DNA of 64,000 nucleotides from the human T2T-CHM13v2.0 reference genome, Homo sapiens: the NCBI RefSeq assembly GCF_009914755.1, contig NC_060946.1, one strand, 5' to 3'. This document shows, in pieces, positions 16,080 to 31,317 of this stretch. Position numbers and translations under genes: made by a program. Every line of letters begins with the position of its first letter. Position 1 is the stretch's first letter. Under the pieces are notes generated by a model. The model did no database searches. It was not told the origin of the DNA and saw nothing but the letters and a program-made list of their open reading frames with translations.

Positions 16080-16659
16080 GGAATTTGGATCTTATTCTGA
16101 ATGGCATGTATGCCATTGGAGGGTTTTGGGTAGCAGGGAGATTTATATTTTTTAAAGATTACTCAAGCTACTATGTGGAGAAGAAACTATAGGAAGCAAA
16201 AGAGGAGTTTTTTGCCAGGAGTTCAGTTGGGAGGATACTGCAAAGTGAGATGTAAGAGGTATTTTGAAGGAGGAGCTAAAAGAACTTGCTGGTGGATTGG
16301 ACTTGGAATGTAGAGGTAGAAAGACATCAAGGTGATCTCTCAGATTTTGCCTTGAACAATTAGGTGGATGGTGGTGCCATTTAATGAAATGGGGAAGACT
16401 CAGAGAAGAATGGGGCTGCAACCCAAATATACCATTTTAAAAAATTAAAATTTGAGATGAATAATAGACATGTAAGCACAAATTTGTGTAGGAGACAGTT
16501 CCATACACAAGTCTGGAGTTCAGGAGACAGGTCAGAGCTACAGGTATATACTGAGAGTCTTCCAGATATCGATGCTATTTAAAGCTGTGGGACTAGATGA
16601 AATCACCTAAGGAAGAATTGTAGACAGAGCAAAGAGAACCAAAGACAAAGCCTAGAGTT

Positions 16660-18110
<1,451 letters not shown>

Positions 18111-18193
18111 TCTGATGGCCGTGTGCACGCAAGTGATATAACTGGATCTTCCTCCTGGGCTTATGTAAGCTGAATGCCAGCAACAATACTCAC

Positions 18194-18640
18194 TGTGTTA
18201 GGGGCTCAGTTTTGTACCCTTAAAATTCATATGTTCAAGTCCTAATTTCCAGTACCTCAGAATGTGACTGTGTTTGAAGATAAGTTCTTTAAAGAGATAA
18301 TTAAGTTAAAGTGAGGTCTTTAAAGTGAGCCCTAATACAATACAACTGATGTCTCAAAGAAGGTAGTACTGGGAAGGAAAAACACAAAAAAACTGTTGTC
18401 TTCATTAGAAGGGATAATTTGGACACAGACACGTGCACACACAGAAGAAAGCCCATATGAAGACACAATGAGAAGGTGAACATCTACAGGCCAAGGAGAG
18501 GGGCCTCTGAAGAAACCAAACTTGCTAACACCTGGGGCTCAAATATCTAACTTCCAGATTTGTTAGAAAATAAATTTTTGTTGCTTTAGCCACCCAGTCT
18601 GCGGTATTTTATTCTGGCCCCTCTAGTGGACTCTTACACA
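18194..18640 (+). mobile_element. MLT1B-like solo LTR
   Basis: aaaattcatatgttcaagtcctaa...agtacctcagaatgtgactgt...aataaatttttgttgctttagccacccagtctg. Confidence 0.85.
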
Positions 18641-19358
18641 GTCTGCAAGAAGAAGCTGGGAATAGAGAAAGTTCCAGATTGGCTCCCATCAGCTTGTCCG
18701 CCATTGTCAATGGCTCCAGCCATGAGCCCCTGTGCTAAATGATGGACTCTCTACCGTAATCAGCAGCATATTTACAGCAAGAGGGCAATTATCTGAGGTC
18801 CAAACTCTTAGTCTTGGGCTGAAAATAGCACTGGCTGTATAGATTTCTATGAGAACAGCCAATGAGTTGCCATCTCCAAAATCGTCCTGTCTCTGGGTCT
18901 CACAATTTTGCACTTAGGCAGGGAAATTCTCCAAGGCCCATATACTCATCCATTGACCAGACATTTAGTGAGCCACTTCTGAGTTCCACAAATTACGCTG
19001 AGTTCTGGAGACATAAACTAGGCTAGGAGCTTGTCCCGCACACTCACAGTCTAATACGGGAGACAAACCTACAAGCTTAAGGGCGGTGGGATGAACTCTA
19101 TGACAGAGTGCGGTACAAAGTGCTGGGGGCACGCGGAGGCCAGCATGTGGTTCTGATTGGGTGATCACAGGCACCTTCATGGAGGTGGGGGTACCTTAAA
19201 CTGGACTTACTAACTTAGATGTTTCCAGGAACCAAGATGGAAAAATGAATACTTAAAGTGATCAGATACAGGATAATAGGGAGTGGGAATGCCTCATGCA
19301 ACTGGAGAACACCTGTATTTTCCAAAGGGCATGCAGATTAAAGCTTTAAAGAACATTG

Positions 19359-19729
<371 letters not shown>

Positions 19730-19797
19730 TCAGGAAGAATTATCTGGATAGACAAGGCAAAGAAGCACTCCAGGGAGTAGTTAAAAAACCCTGAGGA

Positions 19798-20227
<430 letters not shown>

Positions 20228-20479
20228 TCAGACAACACTCGAGCATTCTGGACCATCTGAATGGTCCGGAATGCCATCTTTAGCCTTACATGGCTATTTA
20301 AACACTCTTTAAAAATTTAGCCATACTTTTTGGATCCTGATCGAAGTGGCAACTTCATCCTCACTCTTTGTATACACTCTGACCTCAGTTTGCCTTCCTT
20401 TTGAAACAGTCTCCTCTGAATTTTGGATTTCACTGAAGGCATGGATTATATTTCATAATAACAATGATCATGGTTGTAG

Positions 20480-20690
20480 GTTTTGAATCAAACGCTTGGG
20501 TGGAAATCCTCACTCTTCAGTTACTAGCTGTATAACTTTGGAGAAATTCACAAATTGATATATTTCCTCTCTCTGAGCCTCAGTTTCTATTTCTGTTAAA
20601 TGGGTATAATGAGCCTCACTTCATTTTATTTATATAAAGAACTCAGCACAATGCGTGGCACATAGGCAGGCATCATTCTGAGGAGATGAA
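20480..20690 (+). mobile_element. MIR
   Basis: ttactagctgtataactttgg...ctctgagcctcagtttct core. Confidence 0.75.
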
Positions 20691-21083
20691 TGGACAGTGA
20701 AATATCATCTGCATTCCCACTCGCGAACTTATGCCTGGTTCCTAACTTTGCCTCCGTTGCCAGATTCTGGACCCGTTCTGGGTTTGCCCATTCCTCTGCT
20801 CCATCCATATCCTCTACTGATTCACTATCCTAGACTCCCAGACAGCCTTGTGACTGAACTCAGATTGGGCTGCTCTCTACTCGAACAGGCAGACACACAG
20901 GAAACGGGGTTTGGTGGAAGGAAAGCAGTTTGGACTATTCAAGTGTTAGCAGGTTGGGAGATGGCCAGACTTAAGTCTCAAATTCTCAGGCTGGCTATAG
21001 AGGTGTTAAGGGGATATGTGGCAGGAAAACTCTCAGCAGGAGTGGCATGGGGTGTAGGTTTGCTTGTCATTTTCTGAGGGCTC

Positions 21084-21379
<296 letters not shown>

Positions 21380-21549
21380 TGATGTCTCCCTTGAGTAATA
21401 GACCATCCAGAGGCTCGGTTGACATCATCTCGGCAGGGATTGGGTTATGGATTAACGGCACACAGATTTCTTCTCAGAAGGGAGAAAATTGCAACTGTCA
21501 TCTCTGCTTCATGCCTGGATTGTTTTAAGATTGGTCTTTGGAATTTTCC

Positions 21550-21934
<385 letters not shown>

Positions 21935-22639
21935 TAGGCTAGCAAACTGACTATGCCACTGACAGCCTTAGCTTTCCAGCTCTTCCATCCCTCCTTGCAC
22001 GCGACCTGCTCTGTTTTTGCTGCTGGTCTTGGTGCTGACATGGGTGGAGCTGACTGCAGACAAGATATTAAAACCCATCCATCAGGATCAGGAGCTTTTT
22101 CTCAGCACCAGATGGAAAAAGCTCTGGATCATTCTGTTCAGACAAAAGAATTCAACTTTTCCCCCTGATGACCCTCTTGGTCTTGCTGCCAGGGTTCTCT
22201 CTTATTTTCATTGACAAATAACACTCCCTGTTGGGAACAAGACATCCTGGGCTCTGTGTTTCAGTGGGAGTTGGTAAACTTCTAAAGCCACTCAATCTTC
22301 AGGCTGGGATTTTACAGCACCCCTGTGGTCCTCCATAATTGCTCGGAAATGCATGGTGTCTCCCGTCATGTTGCTTAATTAAAATTCAGTTCTGTTCAAC
22401 AAAGTCACAATTAAGAGGTGTTTTTTTTTTCTTTCTTTTTCCTGCTATCATTTTCAGACCCCTGATTGTGATGCTTCCTTGCTTAATCTGGAAATTGTCT
22501 GAAATATTTCCATGGGCAGTACATGAGGGCCTGGCAAGTTAGCATTGTAGCAATGCCTGGAAAAGAAAGGCACTACGTTCTATTGAGTACATATGAAGTG
22601 GTACTTTTTGTTACTTGTGTCATTTGATCTGCTTTTGGC

Positions 22640-22760
22640 AGGTCATTATCCTCATTTGTCTGGAGCAGATAACTGAGGCTCAGAGAGGTTCAGTAGCTTG
22701 CCTAAGTTTGCATAGCTCAGGGCAGAAGCAAGAAATTAAAATACAGAGTCAGCTATCTTG
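22640..22760 (-). mobile_element. MIR
   Basis: aactgaggctcagagaggttcagtagcttgcctaag. Confidence 0.75.
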
Positions 22761-23039
22761 ATCATGTCATGGGATTAATACTAAAGATTAAAACACCCCC
22801 ACAGAGAATAAGTGCTCAAATATCTAAAGGTTTTTGGAAGAAATTCACCAATGATGATTGGAGAGAAGAAATCCAGCTGCGACCCTCAACCTCCTAAATT
22901 TTTGAGAATGAATCAAATAACTGGTGTGTCTTATTAATTTTTCTTCTCTCAACATCCAGAGTAGGTCCAAACTGTGGTCAAACCCTCTGTGCCCCATGTA
23001 TTATATAGGTACCTAATCAACACTTGTTCAATTAAAAAA

Positions 23040-23600
23040 ATAATTTGCATAGTACAATTACAAATTGAAATTGCATTAACAATGCTCAGTGTCTAAACGC
23101 TCTTGAGAAAAATGTCTCTTTGAAGCACCATCCTTTTCTCCGCAGCAGGACTCCAAGGGAACTGAATTCTGACCGCTTTGACTTGGAGTTTAGCATTCAA
23201 GAATTAGGAAGATTATTTCCTTGAACTAGTCTTTTCTCTCTCTGTAATTCCGATGCTAAGTAAGGATTGACCCTGGCTCCTCTTCTCCACCCCCTCCCAG
23301 CGTAATTATCTCTCCAATTAAAGAGCAACCAAGGGACAACTGAACTGGAGGTTCTGCAGAATTACAACTAAGCACGCAGCCGAGGAATCTACTCAGCTTT
23401 GATCTCTTATCGCTCTGCACACACAGCCCTTTCTCTGTAAGGCTAGCTGCTCTCAGCATCACTGTGTCTAATCAAACGTGTCACACCTCCACTGAGGTAA
23501 ATTGGGTTTATTGGAGAAGGGAAATTAAATTAAGTCTGTTTATGAATTAATTGTGACTGTCTAGGTTTAGTCTATCATATTATCCCATTGTGGTTTATCA
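23040..23600. promoter_or_regulatory. Candidate enhancer-like unique block
   Basis: No recognisable repeat; ATTTGCAT, AACAATG, CTTTGAT, TTTATGA and many TAAT/ATTA cores. Motif evidence only. Confidence 0.3.
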
Positions 23601-23809
23601 GGATCAAAATCTGCTGACCGAGTTAAAATATATACATAACCTTTATAACTAGAAAACAGGCATAGTGTTTTGGGTAGCAAAAACAGCAAAGGGAAAATGA
23701 AAACTTAGAAATGGAAAGGGAGAAGATAGACAGGATATCAGCTGATTCACTTTAGAAGAGAATGTAAAACAAGGTTACAGACACCAAATACCCCTTAGTT
23801 TACACACAC

Positions 23810-24180
23810 ATGAAGATATAGTGGCTGGTATATAATAGGTGCTCAATAAATATTTATTTAAATGGCTGGAAAAATAAATTGATGAATGAATGGGTACATT
23901 GTCATCATCTTTATCACCATGATCTAGAGGTCTTCACTGAGCCAAGAGTGAGCCATGTTACATGGTAGGTACTTTCTATTCAAGAGCAAAACAAGTATTT
24001 ATTAAAGGCCTACTGTATTCTAGGAACTGTGCTAGGTTTTAGGGACATAAGAAAGACCCACTTTCTGCTGTCATCTAACATTTAGTCTAGGGGAGAACAC
24101 AAAACACTGAATTTGTGATGAAGGAGACCTCTGTGATTAGAGGATCTGGGATGCTATAGAAGCAAATAGTGAGAGTCATA
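23810..24180. mobile_element. L2 3'-end fragments in both orientations
   Basis: taggtgctcaataaatattt...gaatgaatg (+); aagtatttattaaaggcctactgt...tgtgctagg (-). Confidence 0.6.
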
Positions 24181-24294
24181 GCAAGAACTGGGTCATGTTT
24201 CATGGGACGTGACCACAAAGCCTACCAACTGGACTTGAGCAGCAAGAACAGGGGTTAACAAGAGGAATATAAAATTGCTTAGGTCAGTTATTGA

Positions 24295-24412
24295 TAGGGT
24301 TATTGATGGGGGCTGTCCTGGTTTATACTTGGTTTCCTGCTGTAATTGTAATAGTGTCCACTTCAACTTCCAAAAGTGCCCTAATTTGGATGATAAATTA
24401 TACACTTATTCT
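24295..24412 (-). mobile_element. MER94-like hAT DNA transposon fossil
   Basis: gtcctggtttatac...gtaattgtaatagtg...aaaagtgccctaatttggatgataaattata. Confidence 0.7.
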
Positions 24413-25484
24413 AGTTGTTGAAAATTCCTGTGAGCTGCTGATGTGTTCAAGAGAGGAGCAGTTAGTAGCTGTCAGCTAGTGGTTCTATAAGGTGGAGCAT
24501 GAAGAACTGCTGGTGGGCTGGGATGACCTGATTGAGAAATCTTGTGCCAAAGAGGCTTTGAGAAGAGAAAGTTCAAAAATGAAACCCTACCTCCGGAATG
24601 TTGATTCTTTGAGCAGCCTATATTTGGTGATATTCTTTGCAATGTACGGTGTGGGTCTCTGTGCTTTATTCCCTAATGGTAAGAGAGAGAACAAACAGAT
24701 TGGAGGTTTAGGTCACTGGTCAGTGGAGATCAGCAACCCGGCTTGGGCAAGCATTCATCGGCCACTTGCAGGTAAGGAGGCTACAAAACAGAGGTAATTA
24801 GAAAACCCTGTCTAATGTATCACCCAGCTGGAAACTGAGTGATGGAGACCCAGTAAAGAAGAGAAAACCTAATTAGACTAAGTGGGAATTTCTTCTGGAA
24901 CAGGAAAATGTCAAGAATCTGGCAGAAACAATTTTTTTCCAGTAGCATTTGAAACCAGATAAATCCATTTATTGTCTTTGTATAATCATATAATTTCTTC
25001 TACAAAATGAAATATCAATATTTCCTTTGCAAAAAGGGACACAAGGGAATATCTCTCATCTGCCACACACACATAGAGTAGTTAAACAATATTCAAGGAA
25101 TAACAAAATGAAAAAATCTGGACAAAGACTGAGATCCCATAACTTAAAATAAATTTAGATATGCAGGCAATTTAAATAATAATAAATAAATGTGTTAGGC
25201 CGGCATTTAAAAATTATCATCAATTATTGGTGAATCAAACTATGCTTCTGCTTCCAGATTTTCTCCTCTCTCTGCCACAAAAATCATCATTATTAATGAG
25301 TGCTAACATTTTAAATCTTCTAATAACTCAAAATGGGAAGATTAGAGAAGGAATAGGTAGGCTATCAGTATAACCCATTTTCAATTTCAAGTTGACTTTG
25401 TTTTAATCCTTTAAAGATACACTAGAACTTCCTCTGGGTAAATTTGCTAAAGAATAAGAACCTTGTATGAGGTAGGCACTTTCA

Positions 25485-26120
25485 TTGTATTCATTCATTT
25501 ATCCACTCATTTTATTCAACAAAGATTTGGAGGATTCCTGGCACATAATCATATGGCAGAAATTACAGATCACTAGAATGTGGCTCCCATACCCAAGGAG
25601 CTCCTATATGGAAGAGTAGAGAGACAAATCCATGATTATAGCAAAATAAGGTATATATGGAACAGCAGAAGTATGCAAAAGGCAGCAAAATGGAGAGCTA
25701 AAGAGTTAGCCAGGCAGACAGCCATGGATCAGCCATTTCAGGAGAAGCAACAGGAGCAAAGGAATGAAGACAAGAAAGAGCACAGTGTGTAGGAAGCTGA
25801 ACTGGGCTGGTGTTAGCAGCATATTAAGTGTGGGTCTAAAGTCATAGGTAGGGGTCAGATCTCTCAGGATGTTTTCAGCACCTTGGATTTTATCTGGAGG
25901 TAGAAGGAGTCCTTGAGAAATTTTAAGCAGGAGCAACACTTAGGTGTACATTTTGAAAAGATCACTCTGACTGCAGTGATGCTGATAGGACAGAAAGTCA
26001 AAGAAAAGATAAAGAAAGGAGATAAGAGACCTTAGGAGGAATCTGGGTGAAAAATGATGAGGACTTCATCCAGAACAGAAAGAGGCAGAAAGAAATGAGC
26101 AGATTTCTGAAATATTTAAA
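25485..26120 (-). mobile_element. L2
   Basis: attcattcatttatccactcattttattcaacaaa start; ttttaagcaggag...aaagatcactctgactgcagtg. Confidence 0.7.
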
Positions 26121-28587
26121 ATCTAAATATTTCAGCCCAGAGCATCTCATTGTAGAGTTGCCTCTGTTATAAACTGTAGGAGAGTGAGAGCCCTAGAGGC
26201 AAACTTGTACCAAACTCCAGGCTGGAGAATTCTGTTTCCAAAGACCACCATCCTCTAAACAACATGAGTCTGAACTCCTCGCCAACCATCCCTCTTCCTT
26301 CATAGATTTCAGCTCCTGGAGGACAGATTACCTGTACTGTAAAACACAAATCATGAAACTCCAGCTTTCAGATGTTTCCGAGCACACGCTGTGGTTATTT
26401 CATTTTCACAGCCTAAGCTTCCATATTTCTTATTGAGTGAGCAGGGTGAATGCAGCTGAAAGCTTGGTGCCTGTGTTCTTTTGGAAAATACAAGTAAAGC
26501 AAAGGGTCCTAAATAATTTACAACTGTCCTAAATTTTTCCAGCTGTCTGCCTTCTTCCATCTCTCCAAGGGATGCAAAAAACAGCCTCCAGCTCTCTAAA
26601 ATGTTCATATTTCTAGAAGCTCTGGGAGAAAAGAAGAAAAACCACAAATGTTCCCTCTTTAAATATTCCTTGTAGTATATATTTTTTCTTCATACCCAGT
26701 GATGACAGGTAATAGCCGCAATTTTAGAGAAAAACTTGGTCTAGTGAAAAGATCTTGCATTTTTGTCATGGTGGCATGGAATCATTGAATGTCAGAGCTG
26801 AAATTTGAATTTAGAGGCAATCTACTTCAGAGACAGACAACACCTGGCATGTGTGTTGTAATTCTCCTCGCCCACATCAATGGCAGACATTGCTAATCCA
26901 TCACTATAGTCTTTCTCTATAAGCCCAGGTGTAGCCTCAGATCCTTTCAATACAGTGCTTAAGTGACTACTGACAGATTGGAGTTGGCACACAAAATGAA
27001 ACTTATTCATCATCCTTGATCTAGTCCCAGCAGTTGCACAGGGGGAAACTGAGAGGTGGAAATGGCCCAACAGCATGCTATCAATGGGTTTTGATGCTCA
27101 GACCTGCCTTCAGGTTCTTTACTCTGAATAAAGGCCATTCTAGTCTTTACGCTGAATCTTTCTCTCCTGTGTCTGTCTCTGTGTCCCTCAGAATCTCCAT
27201 GCCTTTCTCTTTCTTTGAATCTCTGAACATCTATCTGCTTTCTGCCTGTCCTTGAGCTACTGTCTAGCTTTTTGGCCACAGCTGTATCTCAATATGTCTC
27301 AGCTCATCCACTGAGTAGCTTTGGGACCCCAGGCGTGCCTCTGGACTCTTCCACGTGTAAATTGGGAACTGTAGTGCCTGCTCTGCACCAGAGAGCTTTT
27401 GGAGCCTAGTTGCATTCAGTGATAAGAAAAAGAGACTAGGAATCACATGGCCATAGATACAGAGTTTACTGGAAGATAAAGTAATAGTTTGATTTGTGAT
27501 CATGTGAGAGAAAGATTTTTCTGGGACAACAGTAACGTGGAAGCACATTTGTGCATAAATGGCTTCCATTTAACTAGCAGCAGGAAAAGCTCAGTGTGGA
27601 GGAGGATGGGAGCCAAGGGGGGCAAGAATGAATGGGAGTTCACCATGTTTGGAGGCAGGTGGTAGCTACTTCAGTGTGTTTGCTCTTTTCTCTTTGGTTG
27701 GTTTGATGGAGGGAGGGCACACTTTCCCGTGGTTTTCCTCAATCCCGGGGAGACCGTATCCCTCAGAAGGACTAGACACAAGCACTGAGTTTGGGGAGTG
27801 CTCATAGCATTCTCAAGCTCATGGAGGAGGGACCCTGGGCCCTCCTCACCTTCAAGCTTGGTTTCCATTTCATGGTCCCAAGACAGATTTTAAAGAAAGA
27901 AAATAAGCCTCATCTCCTAACTATGACTTGGTCGGAAGCCAAGAACCTACTTCAACATTTGACCCATAACCTTCTCTTGAGATGATGGGCTGACTTTTTC
28001 AATGCATGAGTTTGTCCAAAGGCTTGATGGGAAAATCTCAACATTTGTTACCTAAGAAAGAGGATGTATCTTACTTTGTTTAAAAAACTGCATATGCCTT
28101 TATTTTTGTTTTAGTTCCCTCCAGCTTTATTGAGGTAAGATTGACAAATAAAAATTGCATATATTTATGGAGCACATAGTGATGTCTTGATGTATGTATA
28201 CATTGTGAAATGATTACCCCAATCAAGCAAATTAGCATATCCATCACCTCGTGTAGTTACTATTTGTTTCTGTGACAGTGACAACACTTGAGATCTACTC
28301 TTTTAGCAAATTTTAAGTATAAAATCGGTATTATTATCTATAGATTCCATGCTGTACATTAAGTCTCTAGAACTTATTCCTTGCATAACTGAAGATTTGT
28401 ACCCTTTGACCAATATCTCTCCTTTTCATTATCCCCCACTCCAGCCCCTGGTAACTACCATTCTACTCCATGCTTTATGAGTTTGACTTTCTTTTTTTAA
28501 ATATTCCACATAAAAGTGAGATCATGCAGTATTTGTTTTTCTGTGTCTGGCTCATTTCACTTTGCATAATCTCCAGTTTCATCCATG

Positions 28588-29510
28588 CATTGTGCAAAAC
28601 TGCTATGAGCCTGCACAGGGAAGGAGCCAGGTTCAAGAGGTCAAAGAAGAGACCCAGAGCTATTATAGCAAACTAGACGTGGAGTTTTATCAGGAGCTTA
28701 CTCCTCCTGCAGGAGAGAGTCCAGTGGTGGCAGGCTGGACAGGAGAACTGCCTTCATACAAAAATAGTCCAGCGGTGGCACGCTGGACAACGTATTTGCC
28801 TTCCTACAGTCCAGTGGCAGTGGGCTGGACAACATAATCACCTTACCTATGGTCCAGTGGTGGCAGGCTGGACAACATATCTGCCTTAAATACAGTCCAG
28901 TGGGAACAGACTGGACAACACATTAGCCTTCCTACAGTCCAGTGGCAGTGGGCTGGGCAACATATCTGCCTTCCTATGGTTCAGTGGCAGCAGGTTGGAC
29001 AACATAATCCTCTTATCTATGGTCCAGTGGTGGCGGGCTGGACAATGTATCTGCCTTATGTACAGTCCAGTGGCAGCAGACACAACCACATATCCACCTT
29101 CCTACAGTCCAGTAGTGATGGGCTGGACAACATAGCCAACTTCCCACAGTCCCTTTGAGGTGGGCAGGAGAAGACAACCGCAGGACTCAGTGGTGGTGGG
29201 CTGTGCAGGAAACCTGCAACCGCTTGCTAATAGCATGCAGTTTACAGAGCATTTTCACTTAACAACCTTCTCTTAACAACCTCCAGTTGGCAACTTTCAC
29301 TTAACTCAAAACTTAGGGCCTTAATCCCCTGTACACCCCGTGTTCTACAGGATGGGATGGGGACTTAGATGTTTCTCAGGACAAGGAATGAATCTCCCGG
29401 TTGGCCCTTCTGGATTCCCTAGCTCAAAATACACACTCAGGTGTGTCTGCCATACACGGTCATTCTAAGGTTATGCTTAAGTTATTGCTATCAGGGGCAT
29501 TTACCCTACA
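28588..29510 (-). mobile_element. ERVL solo LTR, LTR47-like, with internal minisatellite
   Basis: Minus strand begins tgtagggtaaatgcccctgatagcaataacttaagcata; 5-bp TSD ccatg at 28583-28587 and 29511-29515; family name from memory. Confidence 0.75.
28719..29206. repeat. 42-43 bp minisatellite, about 12 units with palindromic core GTCCAG-N10-CTGGAC
   Basis: Cores start at 28719, 28767, 28809, 28852, 28895, 28937, 28979, 29022, 29065, 29107, 29149 and about 29185. Confidence 0.93.
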
Positions 29511-29892
29511 CCATGTTGTTGCAAATGGCAGAATTTCCTTCTTCTATAAGGCTGAATAATATTTTGTTATATGTATATAGAAATACACACACACATATAA
29601 TATATATGTATGCGCACCACAATTTCCTTATTCATTTATGTGTGGACAGTTTGTTTTCATATCTTGGCTGTTGTGAAAATTCTGCAATGAACTTGGCAGT
29701 GCAGAGACATCTTCAGTGAGAAGACATCCTCGAGCTGAGGCATGCAGTGGGAATACAGCCCCAGCGTGGTCTTAACAACTTACCAGGCTCTCCCAGAACA
29801 CTTCCTTTCTTCTGTCTCTCTCCTGGAGCCTTCCAGGAGCTCAAGTATAAGGGGTTTCTTTTCAAGACAGGAAATTAGAGATGTGATTCTAT

Positions 29893-30070
29893 AGTGCTAG
29901 TGCTCAAACTTGGTTGCACATTGGAATCACTTGGGGAGTTTTTGAAAATACTGATGCCTGGATCCCACCCCTGGAGAGTCTAATTTAGTTGGTACTGGGT
30001 AAGGTCTGAGTCTGAGGTTTAAAAAATTTTCCCTGGCGGTTCTTACATAAAGTTTCAAAACTTCTGCTCT
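29893..30070. mobile_element. MER5 (B-like) hAT-Charlie fossil
   Basis: ctcaaacttggttgcacattggaatcacttggggag...aaatactgatgcctgg. Confidence 0.8.
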
Positions 30071-30474
30071 ATAGTTACCAAACTTTAGAAACCCCACTGA
30101 TTTCTTCCTTTGGATTACGTGTATAATTTCTACCAAAATGGGAGCTCAAAGTGTCCCATTACTGCTTGTATTGTCTGACAATTCAAGCTTGGGATGCAAT
30201 TATCCCTGCAATTGCTAACAAGCAAGGAGCAGGTGGTACAGTCAGTTATTGGCTGGATTTCATACATTAGGAACATCTGGATTTACTGCTGTAGTTGCCA
30301 CTTCAGGGGGCATTCTGATGGTGATAAATAGGGCACTCTCAGGGAGTTGAGGTTATATGTGTCATCAAATGAATAGGAAACACATCTAGCGGAAAAATTA
30401 CATCCTTATATTTTTCTAAAATGAATTGCCAGTATCTCTTTTGCATAGAGAACCAGATGATACTTCATATAAAG

Positions 30475-30507
30475 GCTCACCTGCAGGAAAAAGAGCAGAG
30501 GTTAGAG
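30475..30507 (-). other. Strong 3' splice site immediately followed by a 5' splice motif
   Basis: Minus strand ctCTAACctctgctctttttcctgcAG|GTGAGc. Confidence 0.35.
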
Positions 30508-30739
30508 GATATCTAAGTCACTCCAAATGTCAAATGTCAAATTGATATTTGTGTGTGCATCTGTACTGGAACTTGAAACACATAGATGACTACTATGAAG
30601 TTAGCCTCTCAGCCTCATCTTCTCTTCTGTAAGATGAACTTAATCAAACCTACCAAGCTAAATTATTTTGATGATTAAAGTAAATTATAAATGTAAAGTT
30701 TATTGCGTATATTAGGCAAATCTCAGTCCTAGAATCCTA

Positions 30740-31260
30740 CAACTCTGCCAGGAAATATAAAGAAAACCTCAATTTAAAAATTAGTAGAACCATGAATGGG
30801 CAATTCGTTGAAGAAAAATATATGTAGCCAGTGAAACAAAAAGAAACATAGCATCACTAGTAATCAAGACATTTCAATGAAGATGAGAACACTATTCTTT
30901 TATCTTAAATTGCATATGATTTATGTTGTGGTGAGATAGGTTCTCTCATAACCTGCTAATAGGGGTATAAATTGATTTAGTTTTTTAGAAAGCAATATCA
31001 AGAACCTTCAAAAAGATTTTTTTCAAATAAGTAATTCTATTTCTCTAATCTATCTTAAGGATCTAAATATAATTGTTTATAGTTGTTGACCTCAATGTTA
31101 GTTATAATAGTGAAAAATGGAAATAACTGAATTACTCAAAATATGTGAAAAGTTAAGTAAATTATGATGCACTTTCAAAATATTATAATGTACCTATAAA
31201 ATTAAATGTATAAAATTATCTACTGACATAGGAAAATGTTCTTCTAAGTGAAAAGGTGAG
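30740..31260 (+). mobile_element. Old L1ME-type fragment
   Basis: catcactagtaatcaag..., agaaagcaat..., aagtaaattatga; A-rich decayed L1 3' sequence. Confidence 0.55.
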
Positions 31261-31317
31261 CTAACAAGCTTTATTTTTTATATTGTAGCTTTGTTTTAAA
31301 ATTATATTTTATGTATT

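Larger units (their letters stand above)
28120..29715 (-). mobile_element. L1MA (MA8-10-like) 3' end, split by an LTR
   Basis: cagctttattgaggtaagattgacaaataaaaattgc start; ...ttcatccatg | ttgttgcaaatggcagaatttcc resumes after the LTR. Confidence 0.88.

Noticed and set aside
28719-29206. CRISPR array (palindromic repeats with spacers)
   Set aside because: Spacers are homologous to one another, repeats are degenerate, there are no cas genes, and the array sits in a primate ERVL LTR; it is a minisatellite
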